A DNA stretch of 64,000 nucleotides from an uncultured Hormoscilla sp. (GCA_963921275.4 OZ001293.3:4704001-4768000), one strand, 5' to 3'; shown: positions 43,559-63,552, numbered from the stretch's first letter. Notes: generated from the letters alone by a model not told the origin. A program made the numbers and translations.

Positions 43559-43765
43559 TTACAACTGACTCTGCTTGATTATATAACATTCCTTGCCGAT
43601 TTTTACCATCAAAATGAAAAAACGATCTGGTCCGGCTACAGCAGGGCGATCGCATTTATAGTAATTCCGTGCAAGTACTTATTGTATATTAACATAGAAT
43701 AAGCAATAATTAAGTTAAGATGATTGTTGTGATCGCCTCTGAGGAGGCAAAAATAGTAATAATCT

Positions 43766-43984
43766 ATGACTCAGCAACCACCACCTGATATGGAAAAAAT
43801 CAAGCAAAGGGCAGCTAAAGTGCAAGAAATCTGCAAAAGAGCTGATGCGGAGATTTTAATTTTAGACGATCTGATTGCCCAGTTAGAGGAAAAGATTCGT
43901 GCTTCTCCTCTATACCGTTACCGACTGCATAAGGCAAAGCGTTTGCTCTTTATTGAGTCCGATCCGTTTGGAGGTGACCCTTGA
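43766..43984 (+). CDS. Hypothetical protein
   Basis: 72-aa ORF with upstream GAGGAGG; a related decayed sequence appears near 44388-44580. Confidence 0.5.
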   Translation: MTQQPPPDMEKIKQRAAKVQEICKRADAEILILDDLIAQLEEKIRASPLYRYRLHKAKRLLFIESDPFGGDP

Positions 43985-44046
43985 AAGGAACTACCGATCG
44001 TAGTATTCTGTGTGGTTATAGGAGAGTACAGCTCTAATGGGAAAGT

Positions 44047-44391
44047 ATGGCAAAATTACCTACTCAAACTCTAATCACTATTTTCGACTTACAGCGACGG
44101 CTGATAGAACTCATTGATGAGGCAAAAGCAGCGGAGTTAAACCTGTTTGAGCGGTTTGGCGAGACAGAGGAAACTCTTGAGGAACTAGAACAACTGCAAA
44201 ATAGTACAGAACGACTCAGAAATCCTTACTCTCGTCTGTACTCGCTGGCGCTGACAATTGCTGAGGCTCAACCGACAGATCCATCTGCTATGCTAAACTT
44301 ACTGGCTGAAACTCTCGAACAAGGACCAGCGATAGCTGATGCTGTAGAAGCTAGTATTCTAGAAATTAAAAGGACTTGGAATCTGCCATGA
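44047..44391 (+). CDS. Hypothetical protein (helical)
   Basis: 114-aa ORF MAKLP...LFERFGETEET...KRTWNL. Confidence 0.6.
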   Translation: MAKLPTQTLITIFDLQRRLIELIDEAKAAELNLFERFGETEETLEELEQLQNSTERLRNPYSRLYSLALTIAEAQPTDPSAMLNLLAETLEQGPAIADAVEASILEIKRTWNLP

Positions 44392-44755
44392 ACAACAAAC
44401 AGAGAATTCCTGATGCCCAGACGAGAGCCAAAAATGTCGCTCGAATGCGCGAAGCTATTCGACAAATTGATGCTTTTACTTATCAACTAGATGAGTAAAT
44501 TGCGATGGTGGAAGAACATAATCGTCGCAGTCCTTTGACAGCTTACCGCTTGGGCAAGTTGAAGGGACCAGCAACTCAGAATAATACCCAGAAATGATAC
44601 GTGCGATCGCGCTTTCTCACTCTCACCCGTTTCCTGGCGAGGGAGCATCTAAATGTAATAATTAAGAAACCAGGTTTTGACAAAAAACCTGGTCTTGGCT
44701 TCTGGGCTACTAGCGTGAGAGTGATAAGATAGTAAGAGATAGTAGAAGTGGAGTA

Positions 44756-45310
44756 GTGATCGTGAACAAATCTCCAGAAGAGTACATCCAGTCAATGCGA
44801 ACAGCATTGGGACGGGGCGACCTGAAAACAGCACAAGAACTGGCGGCGTCGGCGGTAAAAATTTACCCTGACGCTGCTGACATCCAGCAATGTGCTTACG
44901 TCCTCGCCCCTACCAAGGTGACCAGCAGTCCCAGCACCTCAGAACAACGTAAAATGATTCAAGCTAATCACGAGTGGCTCCAGAAAAACAGGGAGAAATA
45001 TCGGCATTGATGGGTGGCAGTGCGATCGGGTAAATTATTGGCGGATGCCAGTTCCCTAGACGAGTTAGCCGACCAGTTAGAGGATACAAAGGGTGTATTA
45101 TTAACGGTGCTTTATTAATGCTACTACAATTTCCAAATGGAGAACCTTTTGCCACTGGGGCGATTGGTTATGAATATCGTCCCGTAACTGAGAATGAAAC
45201 AACAAATCGACTCTTACTGCAAGTCGATGTAGAAAATGTGCTTGCAGAAGCTGTGGTGGATACTGGAGCACCATATTCGATCATAGCGCCCCGAATTGCT
45301 GAGGATATAT
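44756..45310 (+). pseudogene. DUF5678-like gene with internal stop, followed by a truncated retropepsin-like protease
   Basis: NHEWLQKNREKYRH*WVAV; EAVVDTGAPYSII (DTG motif). Confidence 0.6.
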
Positions 45311-45366
45311 TCATGTTTCCATTCCCATGCTTGCGACATATATATCTACCAAATATCTGTAACTCC

Positions 45367-46518
45367 TTATCCTATCCCAACCGCCTCAGAAATAGAAGTT
45401 AACCCCCTTTCATCTAACTTTTGCAGCAACCCCGTCAAAATTCGCCGCACCATCAGCGGACCTTCATAGACAAAACCAGTGTATACTTGCACCAGACTCG
45501 CACCAGCGGTAATCTTTTCCCAAGCATCGGACGCCGTGAAAATGCCACCCACCCCAATAATCGGCAATTGCCCTTGAGTTTCCTGCCAAATAAACCGTAT
45601 CACCTCAGTCGATCGCGCGCGTAAAGGTGCGCCGCTGATACCTCCGGCCTCAGAAGCGATCGGTTTTCCCGTTCTCGGCAGCACCTGGGTTTTCAGTCCA
45701 TCTCTGCTAATAGTAGTATTAGTAGCAATAATTCCCGCCAGTCTATAGGTAGTGGCCAAAGCAACCACCTCTGCGATCGCCCCCCAGTCCAAGTCCGGGG
45801 AAATCTTCACCAAAATCGGCTTGTGGTTTTTGTTTTCCTGCTCTATAGCCTCTAGAATCAGACTAAGTTGGGTGGCATCTTGGAGCCTCCGCAGATCGGG
45901 AGTATTGGGAGAGGAGACATTAACGACAAAATAGTCTCCCCATGGCTCTAGCTGGCGAAAACTTCCTAGATAGTCCGTCGCAGCCGACTCCAACGGTGTT
46001 ACCTTAGACTTACCAACATTAATTCCAATGGGAATCGTGGGGTGCATCTGGTGCTGCGCAAACCTAGCTGCCATCACCGCTGCCCCGTTGTTATTGAATC
46101 CCATGCGATTCAGGGCAGCGCGGTCGGCATCCAAGGAAAACAACCGGGGACGAGGGTTGCCCGGTTGGGCATGCAGAGTCACAGTGCCAATTTCAGCAAA
46201 ACCAAAGCCCAGTGCATCCCAAATCCCCACAGCAACGCCATCTTTATCGAAGCCTGCTGCTAGACCCACGGGGTTGCTAAAGGATAACCCCCACAGGGTT
46301 TGTTCTAAGCGCGGATCCTGCAATGCCAGGGATTGCTGTAATTGGGCCTTGATCGGCGGTCCCCCCCTTACAGGAAGGGGGGTTAGGAGAGATCTCTGAG
46401 GGTCTTTACTGAGGCGCGCGAGCCAACTCAAACAGCCCAGTGTTTGTCGGTGCATCCATTCTGGCTCGATTTTTAGTCGGGAAAGTAAAATTGTCCGGAT
46501 TGCTTGATAAATCCCCAT
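45367..46518 (-). CDS. pyrD: Quinone-dependent dihydroorotate dehydrogenase
   Basis: [50 protein letters not shown]. Confidence 0.95.
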   Translation of the reverse strand: MGIYQAIRTILLSRLKIEPEWMHRQTLGCLSWLARLSKDPQRSLLTPLPVRGGPPIKAQLQQSLALQDPRLEQTLWGLSFSNPVGLAAGFDKDGVAVGIWDALGFGFAEIGTVTLHAQPGNPRPRLFSLDADRAALNRMGFNNNGAAVMAARFAQHQMHPTIPIGINVGKSKVTPLESAATDYLGSFRQLEPWGDYFVVNVSSPNTPDLRRLQDATQLSLILEAIEQENKNHKPILVKISPDLDWGAIAEVVALATTYRLAGIIATNTTISRDGLKTQVLPRTGKPIASEAGGISGAPLRARSTEVIRFIWQETQGQLPIIGVGGIFTASDAWEKITAGASLVQVYTGFVYEGPLMVRRILTGLLQKLDERGLTSISEAVGIG

Positions 46519-46614
46519 AAATAGAGTAATGGATTACTTGTTTAACTGTTCCCGTTCGCGTAGCGCAGCCTGTGGCTGCACGCTGCGCTATAGCCATTTA
46601 ATATCATTAGACAT

Positions 46615-46862
46615 TCTACAGTTGTCGTACAAAAGCTCTTTTTGTAATACAATAGAGATGACAATTTGTCGTGCGGAATGTGGGTGATAATATTGAAGCG
46701 ATCTCAACCGGAGCAGGTCGAGTCGCTTTGGCCATTCAGTCTACAGTTGTCGTACAAAAGCTCTTTTTGTAATACAATAGAGATGACAATTTGTCGTGCG
46801 GAATGTGGGTGATAATATTGAAGCGATCTCAATAGGAGCAGGTCTAGTCGCTTTGGCCATTC
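46615..46862. repeat. 125-bp tandem duplication
   Basis: TCTACAGTTGTCGTACAAAAGC...GGCCATTC starting at 46615 and 46740. Confidence 0.9.
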
Positions 46863-46912
46863 CTGCCAGCGGGGCCGGGACTCATCAAGCAATTTTATCT
46901 CTGGAGCCAAAA

Positions 46913-47330
46913 AATGAAACCTCAAACTAACGAAATAGTAGTAGACGCCTCCTGAGAAAACTACCAGCAGCTAATAGAGGGCATCCGGCCCGGGGCCAAG
47001 ACCTTCATCTTAGACCCGAAGTCCGACGGCATCCGGCAGCTCGGCGAAATCTGCCAACAGCATCGGGAAGCCGAGGTTCTGCACCTGCTCTCCCACGGCA
47101 GTCCTGGCTGTCTGTATCTGGGGAACTCCCAACTGAATTTAGATACCCTAGGGGATTACGCCCCAACACTGCAAGAGTGGAAGGTAAAGAAAATCCTGCT
47201 CTATGGCTGTAATGTAGCAGCAGGAGATGGGGGAGAGGAGTTAATAACCAAGCTGCAGGCCCTGACCGGGGCAGACATTGCTGCCTCCTACCCGGACGGG
47301 GGCGGCGGCCCGGGGAGGAGATTGGGAGTT
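46913..47330 (+). pseudogene. DUF4347-domain fragment
   Basis: LHLLSHGSPG and ILLYGCNVAAG...LQALTGADIAAS, broken by stops/frameshifts. Confidence 0.65.
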
Positions 47331-47446
47331 CTCTCGCAACAATCCCTGACCTCTTTGGAATGCTTGATAGTACATTACCATAGAACCAATGGTAATTGCA
47401 CCCTGAAAAGTTTGGTAGGCGATGAAGCCAAAGGCTGCGAATATGG

Positions 47447-48207
47447 CTATGGTGGCACTGGACGGCGGGCCAGGGTGAGTCTCTCTTGGCGTATTTGCTG
47501 GCGCAGCAAGCGAAAACGTTCTTGAAATAACTCACCTAGCTTGAACAGCCTGATTTCCTTGGCGTGGGCAATATTTGTTAGTAAACTACTGAAATAATGG
47601 GCGTATCTTTTTGTCCAGCCATTTGCTGTAATTTTGATGCGCATACTTGATGCGAAAAATACTGGCAACACCGCTAGCAACAAAATTGCTGCTATTATCC
47701 AATGTAGGGACAGCAGTAAAAGGGCGATCGCCCCCAGACGGCACCCGCACTGAATTAATTTATTGAAAATGGTCGTGGGACGATAGGGCGCTTCTGCTTG
47801 GGCCTGATGCAGGGCATCGTAATATTGGGCATTTTCATAATCTTCTAGATCTACCTCAATGGATTTAGCATGGAGGAGGTTTTGTACGTAGTCCGTGACT
47901 AACTGAAACTGGGCTTGGGTTACCAACCCGGTCAGGGAACGACAGATATCTGTAACTATGCCTATAATACCAGCTAGGATAATTAATAGCACAACTTGCC
48001 CAAAGCTATTTCCGGCACTGCCTCTGGTCACCGCGTCGATCGTAAGTTTGGTCAGATAAAGGGAAAGCAGGGGCAAAACTGCTTGACAACACACTAAAAA
48101 TCTGCTAGCAATAGTCCAGCCAGGGGTACTTTTTAGACTAATTGGATAGATCTGCGCAGGTACAGAAAACGGCGAATTTTTTGGCGGGCGCGACGCCAGG
48201 AGGGCAT
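47447..48207 (-). pseudogene. ABC transporter permease N-terminal fragment
   Basis: DLEDYENAQYYDALHQA, AHAKEIRLFKLG; no nucleotide-binding domain. Confidence 0.65.
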
Positions 48208-48813
48208 ATTTTTTGTCTGGTTAGTCTCATGGCCTCATGGCCCGCCTTCGGTGTCTTGTGGGAGCGCTAGTCGCACTACCCACGAGACACCGAGGGTTCA
48301 AACCCCCGCGTTACCAGGCGGGAGCCAGGTAACGAGGCTCAAGTCGGTTGAAACCGACTAATAGCATAATACCAATTTATTTGGCGTTCTGATAGAGAAA
48401 AAACGGCAACTCTCTCGTTCCCAGGAGGATCTGGGTCAGCCAACTCAAATCTCTGCTGGTTATGGTAATAGCCGCGCCTTAATTTATCAGGTAGTGCCCA
48501 GTAACATTATTTTACGCTACTATGTAGACCTCAATTCTCAACAAGTGTGTCGAGCTGAGGTATTCTTTCCCCAATCTGTAGACCGACTAATGATGCGCAC
48601 GACTGTCAATGGCATGCTGCTTGGCAGTGGCGCACTTAGCAAGATTCCCAGGGAACTCAAAAAAGTGCGTCAGGGTAAGTCCGATTCCCACGAGTTTACA
48701 CACAAAAACTTAAAAGGCGTCATCCAGAGAATAGATGGCGATCGCATTTACTTCGCTGTCTGGGATGCTAAATTCAAGTAAATTGTTCGAGTAAATTGTT
48801 CGTAGTAAGGACT

Positions 48814-49171
48814 TTAGTCCTTGCGATCGGAAAGCACTAAGAAACTTCCAAACACCTCATACCTGACAACCCACCTCTGCGCTAGCGAGAACGGACCCAT
48901 GGAGACAACCAGGGGACCCGCGAAGCATCCAGCGGAGACACAGAGAACCGTAGTGCGATACATCGGTACATTTTTGCCTTCCTCAACCTGTCTGACTGGT
49001 AACCCTGCTTGCACCATGGCCGCCTCGAAGGTAAACGAGCAGCCGATTAACTGGAAAAGCGCGTGCTATTCGCTGAGACTTGACCACTGCGTTGATCGTC
49101 GTAACCAGTTCACCGCCTGCGCTCACGCCCCTTAACAATAGAGATATTTTATCCGGGAATAACTGAGTCAC
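48814..49171 (-). pseudogene. Putative hydro-lyase (DUF1445-like) fragment
   Basis: [29 protein letters not shown]. Confidence 0.55.
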
Positions 49172-49334
49172 TCCCTGGAGTGACTCAGTTATTCCCGGGA
49201 AAACTCAGTCATTTCCAAAGGTAACTATTCATTTCTAGGAGTAACTAAATCATTCCACCGAGTACGAAAGTCATTCGGTGGCGTCACAACCTTTTGCTTT
49301 GGCGTGAGACAAGATTACCGAAGGGCAGTTGAGT

Positions 49335-49549
49335 AACTCCAAGGCCAGAGTAAGCACCTCCAAGGCCGGAGTAAGCACTTCCAAGGCCGGAGTAAGCGCC
49401 TCCAAGGCCGGAGTAAGCACCTCCAAAGCCGGAGTAAAATCGGGGGTGTGGTCTTGCGCCCGTTGGTAAGTAGTTCGTAGTTCAACCTTGCGGGCTATAT
49501 TACATGCATCATCGATGCACCCGGCTATCAACTATTTGTGACCGCACCC
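49335..49549. repeat. Five 21-bp repeats plus a short GGGTGTGGTC...GACCGCACCC element
   Basis: CTCCAAGGCCGGAGTAAGCAC repeated; element 49444-49549 shares GCGGGCTATATTACATGCATCATCGATGCACCC with 17992-18024. Confidence 0.8.
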
Positions 49550-49754
49550 TTCTGAGGGCCCAAAACGTCGCCTGTTACTACTTATCACCTGTGGCGAACT
49601 TGCTGTTCCCAATGAGGAACCAAAAAATGAAGTATAATTAATTCTTTCCCTAACAAAGCAGGAAATACTACTATAGATAGCTAAAAGCTAGCTTCCCTCA
49701 AGGTCGCCAGTGACCAACCCCTAAAAAAGTTTATCTCTTACATCAGGAGATCTT

Positions 49755-50351
49755 ATGGCTGAATTTAACGTCAACACACCAGCACAACTATCCCAAGCCA
49801 TTACCACTTCCGCGAATAACGGTGAGGCAGATACCATTAACATCACGGGAGATATTACCCTGACAGGGTTGCTACCCCTTATTGAAGAGGACGTAGAACT
49901 GCGAATTAACAGTTCTTTGGACTTTGAGACCCGATCGAGTTACAGCATCCGCGTCCAAACTACCGACTCTGCTAATAACGCTTTGGAGGAGGTCTTGACT
50001 ATTAATGTCATTGATGAAGCATTGAACTCCTCTCCTACCGATATAGTCCTTAGCAACAGCAGCATCAACGAAAACTCCCCATTGGGTGCAGTCGTGGGGA
50101 CTTTCTCTACTACTGACCCCGACGTTTCCGATAGCTTTACTTACCAGTTAGTCTCCGGTAACAACGCCTTCACCATAGTAGGGGACCAACTGCTAACTAA
50201 CAGTTCTTTGGACTTTGAGACTCAGTCGAGTTACAGGATATTCGTCCAGACTACCGACTTGACTGGGGCCAGTTACTCGGAGGTCTTGATTATTAACGTC
50301 AATGATGAAGCATTGAATTCCTCTCCTACCGACCTCGAACTCAGCAGTTGA
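49755..50351 (+). pseudogene. Cadherin-repeat surface-protein fragment
   Basis: SLDFETRSSYSIRVQTTD, NSSPTDIVLS...INENSP, FSTTDPD; ends abruptly. Confidence 0.7.
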
Positions 50352-50690
50352 CGCCAGAACCGCGTTTTTTACTGTCGCCTATCCCGGCGAGTAAGGCACC
50401 CGAGGTCGTAAAGCAATATGAAGACCGCGCGCAGAGATGGATCGATGATTGGCTGTCACTGTTATCAGATAAACTTAAGTCGGGGTTTATGGCATCGGAT
50501 ATTACTCACTTCCTTCCCTATCGAGAGGCGATCGCCACCTCGGAGCGAATAGAGTGTGATCGCTCAATTTGGGAAGATTTCGAGCAAGTTGCCGAGTGGA
50601 TCGAAAGATTATTGCCAATGGGGACAGCAGACTAAGGCGCGATCGCTCAAGGAGAGGCATAATGTTGATAGTCAGCAGATGAGGTAATCT

Positions 50691-51295
50691 ATGAGCAACG
50701 TTCAAACCCAATTACCGACAGATGCATGGGTAACAGCTACTTGGGATGAGTACATCCAAACTGTTCGGCAACAAGAAGGAGCTAAATGCTATTATGACAA
50801 CGGACAACTAAGAATTGAAATGGCACCCCAAGGTTACGATCGCTCCTACGATCGCTTCTCGATCGGGTATGCTGTGGCTTTATTTTGTGGTATCAAAGCC
50901 ATTCTCCTGGTGGGAGTCACTAACTGCACTTTCCGGAAAATTAGCGAGGGAGAAGCGCAACCGAATCTTGCCTTCTACATCGGTGAAAATGCCGAAACTA
51001 TTCCCCCGATACAACTATTGTCGATCTAGATGTTTATCCGCCTCCCGATCTAGCAATTGAAATTGCCAAAACGTCTTTTGCTGATGATATTGGCAGCAAA
51101 CGCATGCTCTACGAACAGCTAAACTTTACTGAATATTGGGTGGTAAATGTAGCTGATGCTCGACTGATTGCTTTTGCGATCGCATCTGGTGGGAGTAGGG
51201 CGATCGCCCGCTCGCAAGTTTTACCTCCATTACCCTTTAGCTTACTCTCGTTGCGGCGGTGTCGGACAACGGGTCGCAGTCAAATCTATGCTTAG
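50691..51295 (+). pseudogene. Uma2-family endonuclease, frameshifted
   Basis: WVTATWDEYI, QLRIEMAP, PPDLAIEI, LYEQL..TEYWVVNV split over frames. Confidence 0.75.
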
Positions 51296-51439
51296 TTAAT
51301 TGCCCAAATTCAAAATCTTGATGATTGAAAGATTAAGCTTTTAGGTGGAAGGTGGGCGGTGCCCACCCTACTCAAATAATAGAGTCCGATCGGGAAATTT
51401 GGCAAGATTTAGAGCCAGTTGCTGAGTTGAAGATGGTAT

Positions 51440-51818
51440 ATAGCTAATCCTGAACAATGGACAAAGTCAATATTCCTTTTGGTTCATTAACTACTAGCTG
51501 CATCATCTTCAAAAACTTTCGTCCCAACAATATGTAGGGGATATTTTCCCCTACATGAACAGCTATTGTTAACTCATAACTGTCAATAATAACCCTCCCT
51601 GCATATATCAAAATACTTGGTTCCCTGTACCGAAATCATTTCTACTTGCGATGCAAGTTTAGACCATCCCAATACCTCTACATCTTGAGAATCAATAGCT
51701 AGCCATCCTGTAGTAAATCCTGTATCCAAAAGTCCCTCTACTGTGAACCGTTCGCCCGCTAAATCCACCAATTACAGTTCAAAAATTAGCTCCCCATTAT
51801 CGCCAAACTTCCCATCAA

Positions 51819-51822
<4 letters not shown>
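51440..51822 (-). pseudogene. Clan AA aspartyl protease with stop/frameshift
   Basis: MIDGKFGDNGELIFEL*LVD...GLLDTGFTTGWLAI; ATG overlaps the upstream stop. Confidence 0.7.
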
Positions 51823-58663
<6,841 letters not shown>

Positions 58664-58915
58664 ATCGATTGACAATTAAACTACTACCCTATTATAGCAA
58701 GCCGGAGAGCCTTTGTGTAAAAGGAGCCCGATCGATCGGATGTGTTTATTAGATGGTGGCGTTCTTGGCTCTCAACTGGCGCAGAGTTGAGCGATCGCGA
58801 ATTTTCTTCGTTATAGTGGAGGTAAACATCGTGGGTTTTTCCCTTATATTAGCATCAATCACGATCGGGACATTTCTTAATATTTCGAGGAAGTTGCTAA
58901 ATGTCTCGATCGCAC

Positions 58916-59227
58916 TTAACGACAAGTTAAAGTATGAGTAATATTTCCACCCAAGCGAAAACGCCCATACAGAACTAAATTACCCCCTGCAACTCTGGCA
59001 CCATCAAATCTAGTAGATATTTTACCGTCCTTGTTGAGAAAAACGATGTCACCGCCATTTATTTCCCATGAATGCTCATTTGGGTTATTATAACCAACTA
59101 ATTCACCATCCTTTGCCAGATCGATATTTCTTGCTATTACAGAACCATCATCACGACCAAAATCCCAAGAACAAGCTCTCGCTATCTCCCGCATTCCCGC
59201 TTGAGCCGACATTTGCCAAAATACCAT
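58916..59227 (-). CDS. Hypothetical protein (possibly partial)
   Basis: 103-aa ORF with GYNNPNEHSWEI...FLNKDGKISTRF. Confidence 0.4.
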   Translation of the reverse strand: MVFWQMSAQAGMREIARACSWDFGRDDGSVIARNIDLAKDGELVGYNNPNEHSWEINGGDIVFLNKDGKISTRFDGARVAGGNLVLYGRFRLGGNITHTLTCR

Positions 59228-59418
59228 CGCCCAAGGTCTAGAGGCTCTGCCTCTAGAACTCGTTCCCAGGCGGAGCCTAGGAACGAGGGGAAATCCTTAT
59301 CTAGACAAGGCATACAGTGGGTTCTAACCCACTTAAGCTATTAGCCGTGGGTTTTAACCCACGGCCGGCCATGAGGCTAATCGAATCTTAACGCTTGATA
59401 TCGGCTATCTGACGTTGT

Positions 59419-59760
59419 TTAGTACCGTCTGATGTTGCTGTTCGGCTTATGAACGATAAAGCTGAGCACCTGGCACTGCTTAATGTTGTCAAACCCCATG
59501 ACGCGGATAAAGCAATCGCGGTAATCAGTACGACAAGCATCAATTTCTGCCATCACTTCATTGACAGTTTTCGCATGGAACAGGGGCAATTTCCACATGG
59601 TCCAGTAGTGCATTTCTGGTGCAGAGCTTTCGCTGAATTCCACACCAGCGATGTAACCTTGATCCAGAATGTACTGGATTTGATTTTTCATCTGCGCGTC
59701 TGACAGCGGTGGCAGATAGGAAAGTGTTTCGTAACGACGTTCTTTGGCAAGAGTTTGCAT
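59419..59760 (-). CDS. rbcS: RuBisCO small subunit
   Basis: [38 protein letters not shown]. Confidence 0.97.
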   Translation of the reverse strand: MQTLAKERRYETLSYLPPLSDAQMKNQIQYILDQGYIAGVEFSESSAPEMHYWTMWKLPLFHAKTVNEVMAEIDACRTDYRDCFIRVMGFDNIKQCQVLSFIVHKPNSNIRRY

Positions 59761-59802
59761 GATTTGCGTTCTGATTGTTGTAGGACGTTCTAATTATATT
59801 AA

Positions 59803-60204
59803 CTAACCCGATTCATTATCCGGGTCAGCTTCCTGTTCTGGATAAGAGCTGAGATCGGATATATTCAGTTGCGTAATCCGCTCCAGATACTGACGGCGGT
59901 GTCCCATATTTGCCTGTTGAATACCCGATCGCACCATTTCTGGTAAATACTCGGTCACCTCTTCGGCCAGATGTTGCCGCACCGTCATGATTCGGAACGC
60001 CAGTTCCTGGTGGTTGCTCGTGAGTAACTCTTCCAAGTAAGCTTCTCCATCCTGAATTTTTCCAGTTGTCGAAAAGCCATTTAGCCAAATTGCTAGACCT
60101 GGATTTGTTTCTCTCAACTGGCTGACCACAATGCGCACTGCTTGATAGGTCAAGTAACTAGCTAGCACTCGCGTCGTGTCTTTCGCAACTTGTTTAATAT
60201 CCAT
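59803..60204 (-). CDS. rbcX: RuBisCO assembly chaperone RbcX
   Basis: AKDTTRVLASYLTYQAVR, LAFRIMTVRQHLA; located between rbcL and rbcS. Confidence 0.96.
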   Translation of the reverse strand: MDIKQVAKDTTRVLASYLTYQAVRIVVSQLRETNPGLAIWLNGFSTTGKIQDGEAYLEELLTSNHQELAFRIMTVRQHLAEEVTEYLPEMVRSGIQQANMGHRRQYLERITQLNISDLSSYPEQEADPDNESG

Positions 60205-60273
60205 GTAACCTCAGTCTCTTAACCGATGCTGTAGGGCGGGCCGATCGCCTGCCCCGGTACCGTTCTGACTCTA

Positions 60274-61704
60274 TTAGACGGTATCCATTGCCTCGAACTC
60301 GAACTTGATTTCCTTCCACAGTTCGCAAGCAACTGCCAATTCTGGACTCCACTTGCAGGCTTCGCGGATCACATCGCCACCTTCGCGGAACAGGTTCCGA
60401 CCTTCGTTGCGTGCTTGAATGCAAGCTTCCAGGGCCACCCGGTTAGCGGTAGCACCGGGAGCGTTGCCCCAGGGGTGCCCCAGGGTGCCGCCGCCGAATT
60501 GCAGGCAAGCATCGTCACCGAAGATTTCTACCAGTGCCGGCATGTGCCAAACGTGAATACCGCCAGAAGCTACGGGCATGACACCAGGCATGGAGGCCCA
60601 GTCTTGGGTGAAGTAAATACCCCGTTCCCGATCGCGTTCGATGTGGTCTTCCCGCATCAAGTCCACAAAGCCCATGGTGATGCCTTTTTCGCCTTCCAGC
60701 TTACCCACCACAGTCCCGGAGTGCAGGTGGTCGCCACCGGACATCCGCAAGCACTTGGCCAGCACCCGGAAGTGAATGCCGTGGGCTTTCTGCCGGTCGA
60801 TCACGGCGTGCATGGCCCGGTGGATATGTAGTAGCAGACCGTTGCGACGGCACCACTTAGCCAGGGTAGTGTTGGCCGTAAAGCCACCGGTGAGGTAGTC
60901 GTGCATGATGATCGGCGTACCCAGTTCCTTGGCGAACTCGGCCCGTTCCAGCATTTCTTCACAGGTGGGGGCGGTGACGTTCAGGTAGTGACCTTTGATT
61001 TCACCGGTTTCCGCCTGGGCTTTCTCGATCGCCTCTTGCACGAAGGCGAAGCGATCGCGCCAGCGCATGAAGGGCTGCGAATTAATATTTTCGTCGTCCT
61101 TAGTGAAGTCCAGACCGCCACGCAAGCATTCATAGACTGCGCGACCGTAGTTCTTCGCCGACAGACCCAGCTTCGGTTTAATCGTACAACCCAGCAGCGG
61201 GCGTCCGTACTTGTTCAGCTTATCCCGTTCTACCACAATCCCGTGGGGGGGGCCTTGGAAAGTCTTCAGGTAGGCGATCGGGATGCGCAGGTCTTCCAAG
61301 CGCAGGGCCCGTAAGGCTTTGAAGCCAAATACGTTCCCCACGATGGAGGTTAACATATTGGTGACCGAGCCTTCTTCAAACAGATCCAGGGGATAGGCAA
61401 CAAAGCAGATGAACTGGTTATCTTCACCGGGAACCGCCTCAATATCATAGCAGCGACCTTTGTAGCGGTCCAGGTCCGTCAACAGGTCCGTCCACACCGT
61501 CGTCCATGTACCGGTGGATGACTCGGCTGCTACCGCCGCACCTGCTTCTTCTGGAGGAACTCCTGGCTGAGGCGTGACGCGGAAAGCCGCCAGAATATCT
61601 GTATCTTTGGGCGTGTAGTCCGGAGTGTAATAGGTCAATTTATAGTCCTTTACCCCGGCTTGATACCCGGCTTTTGTCTGAGTTGTGGTTGTACTGTAAG
61701 ACAT
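60274..61704 (-). CDS. rbcL: RuBisCO large subunit (form IB)
   Basis: [32 protein letters not shown]. Confidence 0.99.
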   Translation of the reverse strand: MSYSTTTTQTKAGYQAGVKDYKLTYYTPDYTPKDTDILAAFRVTPQPGVPPEEAGAAVAAESSTGTWTTVWTDLLTDLDRYKGRCYDIEAVPGEDNQFICFVAYPLDLFEEGSVTNMLTSIVGNVFGFKALRALRLEDLRIPIAYLKTFQGPPHGIVVERDKLNKYGRPLLGCTIKPKLGLSAKNYGRAVYECLRGGLDFTKDDENINSQPFMRWRDRFAFVQEAIEKAQAETGEIKGHYLNVTAPTCEEMLERAEFAKELGTPIIMHDYLTGGFTANTTLAKWCRRNGLLLHIHRAMHAVIDRQKAHGIHFRVLAKCLRMSGGDHLHSGTVVGKLEGEKGITMGFVDLMREDHIERDRERGIYFTQDWASMPGVMPVASGGIHVWHMPALVEIFGDDACLQFGGGTLGHPWGNAPGATANRVALEACIQARNEGRNLFREGGDVIREACKWSPELAVACELWKEIKFEFEAMDTV

Positions 61705-62169
61705 GAAATCCCTTACCTTGACTTATTTTCTTGGCTAGTTCTTCAGACTATATCAATATGCTCTCTCCCCAAGCTCTCAACTTCTTGATTTGCAAATAAT
61801 CCTTACTTATGTTTACCTTTTTTTATATTTCGCAATCTTCTTGACAAAAATAACTTTTACTGTATGGGCAGATCTCGCGGCATTATGGACATATACCCCC
61901 CCCGACCCTGCCCGACAGTTCGGGGAGCGGAGGGGGCGTTACCCGGGGAGCTGGTTCCCAGGCAGAGCCTGGGAACCAGCTTGACAAAACTTCATGAAAA
62001 GCAATAAGATTGCCGATCGATGTCTGAGGGGTTTTTGCGTCACTGCACGCTCCGGGCCCCCTACGCTGCGAGGGGGAGGCCGGGAGCCTGTAGCCGTGGC
62101 GAAGCATGGCTGCATCCCGATTTTTCGGGAACGGTAGACATCGAAGCTGAGGGGCTAGACTTTGGGCTT

Positions 62170-62943
62170 ATGGCAGTTACAATCGCGAACTTGAGGCAAT
62201 GGAAGCAGCAGGGACGGGCGATCGTCACCCTGACAGCCTGGGATTATGCCTTGGCTCAGTTGTTGGATGCATCTGGTGTGGATGTAATTCTGGTGGGAGA
62301 CTCCCTGGGGATGGTGGCCTTAGGTTATGAAACGACGCTGCCAGTGACGCTGGAAGAGATGCTGCACCATGCTAAGGCAGTGCGGCGGGGGGTGAAGCAA
62401 GCATTGGTAGTCTGCGATCTGCCGTTTTTGAGCTATCAGGAGAGTCCCTCGCAAGCCCTGCACTCAGCTGGCAGGGTGCTGAAGGAAACCGGTGCTGGGG
62501 CAGTGAAGTTGGAAGGGGGATATCCCGCGATCGCAGAAACTGTGGCACGTCTGGTAAATGCTGGCATTCCGGTGATGGGCCATGTGGGCTTGACGCCCCA
62601 GTCCGTGCGTCAGCTGGGTTATCGCCAGCAAGGAAAGACCCCAGCAGAGGCAGAAAGAATCCTCCAAGAGGCGATCGCCCTAGCAGACGCCGGTGCTTTT
62701 GCAGTCATCTTAGAGCATGTTCCCAGTGAGTTGGCCGCAACCATTACGGAACAACTACCAATTCCCACTATTGGCATTGGTGCCGGTCCCCACTGCGACG
62801 GACAGGTCCTAGTTACTGCTGACTTGCTGGGCCTTTCAGATCGCATGCCCCCCTTTGCCAAGTCCTATGCCAATTTGCGCCAGACTATTACTCAGGCGGT
62901 ACAAGATTTTGGTACCCAGGTGCGCGATCGGGAGTTTCCCTAG
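62170..62943 (+). CDS. panB: 3-methyl-2-oxobutanoate hydroxymethyltransferase
   Basis: [41 protein letters not shown]. Confidence 0.95.
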   Translation: MAVTIANLRQWKQQGRAIVTLTAWDYALAQLLDASGVDVILVGDSLGMVALGYETTLPVTLEEMLHHAKAVRRGVKQALVVCDLPFLSYQESPSQALHSAGRVLKETGAGAVKLEGGYPAIAETVARLVNAGIPVMGHVGLTPQSVRQLGYRQQGKTPAEAERILQEAIALADAGAFAVILEHVPSELAATITEQLPIPTIGIGAGPHCDGQVLVTADLLGLSDRMPPFAKSYANLRQTITQAVQDFGTQVRDREFP

Positions 62944-63480
62944 ATGGAGTTCACCAGTTCTCAGTAGCGCTGCGCGCACTTCGTAACGGAGTTCGCAGTT
63001 AAGTGGTTGTACAAAATTATTTTTATATTTTTCCACCTCAAACCCCTGTCAGTCGGCGCGGCACTCTGTTGGGTTTCGTGGGTCAACCCAACCTACAGAT
63101 GATGAGACTTGTCCGACGATCGCAGGTAGGGTTTGAGACTAGGAATTTGTTCGATCGCGCCCCAACTAGATGCTTGGTTTTCTGTGTTGAGCGCAAGTAT
63201 GACATTCTTTGTTGGTATTAATATCTTATTTGCTCCCATTCCTTCTTCCCTTTTCGCCGGGCGATGGCTTTCTGTTCGGGGTCTGGGGTGCCGGTTGTTG
63301 CCCATGCTCCTAGGTGGGAGGTTATATATATAGTAGGGGAGGTCTGGGGAAGAGCGGGCACCCATTGCGCTTTCTATGCCCTGACAATTGGCTTCAGGTG
63401 TAGGAGTACATTGGGCCGGGGTTTGGCTCGAATACGGCTCGAATAGCCCTCGCTAATGGCTCGACTCGGGCGAGAGTATA

Positions 63481-63552
63481 GCTCGGTCTCGGCTCGGTCT
63501 CGGCTCGGTCTCGGCTCGGTCTCGGCTCGGTCTCGGCTCGACCTCAGCTCGG
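63481..63552. repeat. Microsatellite built from CTCGG/TCTCGG units
   Basis: GCTCGGTCTCG repeated about 5 times, with degenerate flanks. Confidence 0.85.
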
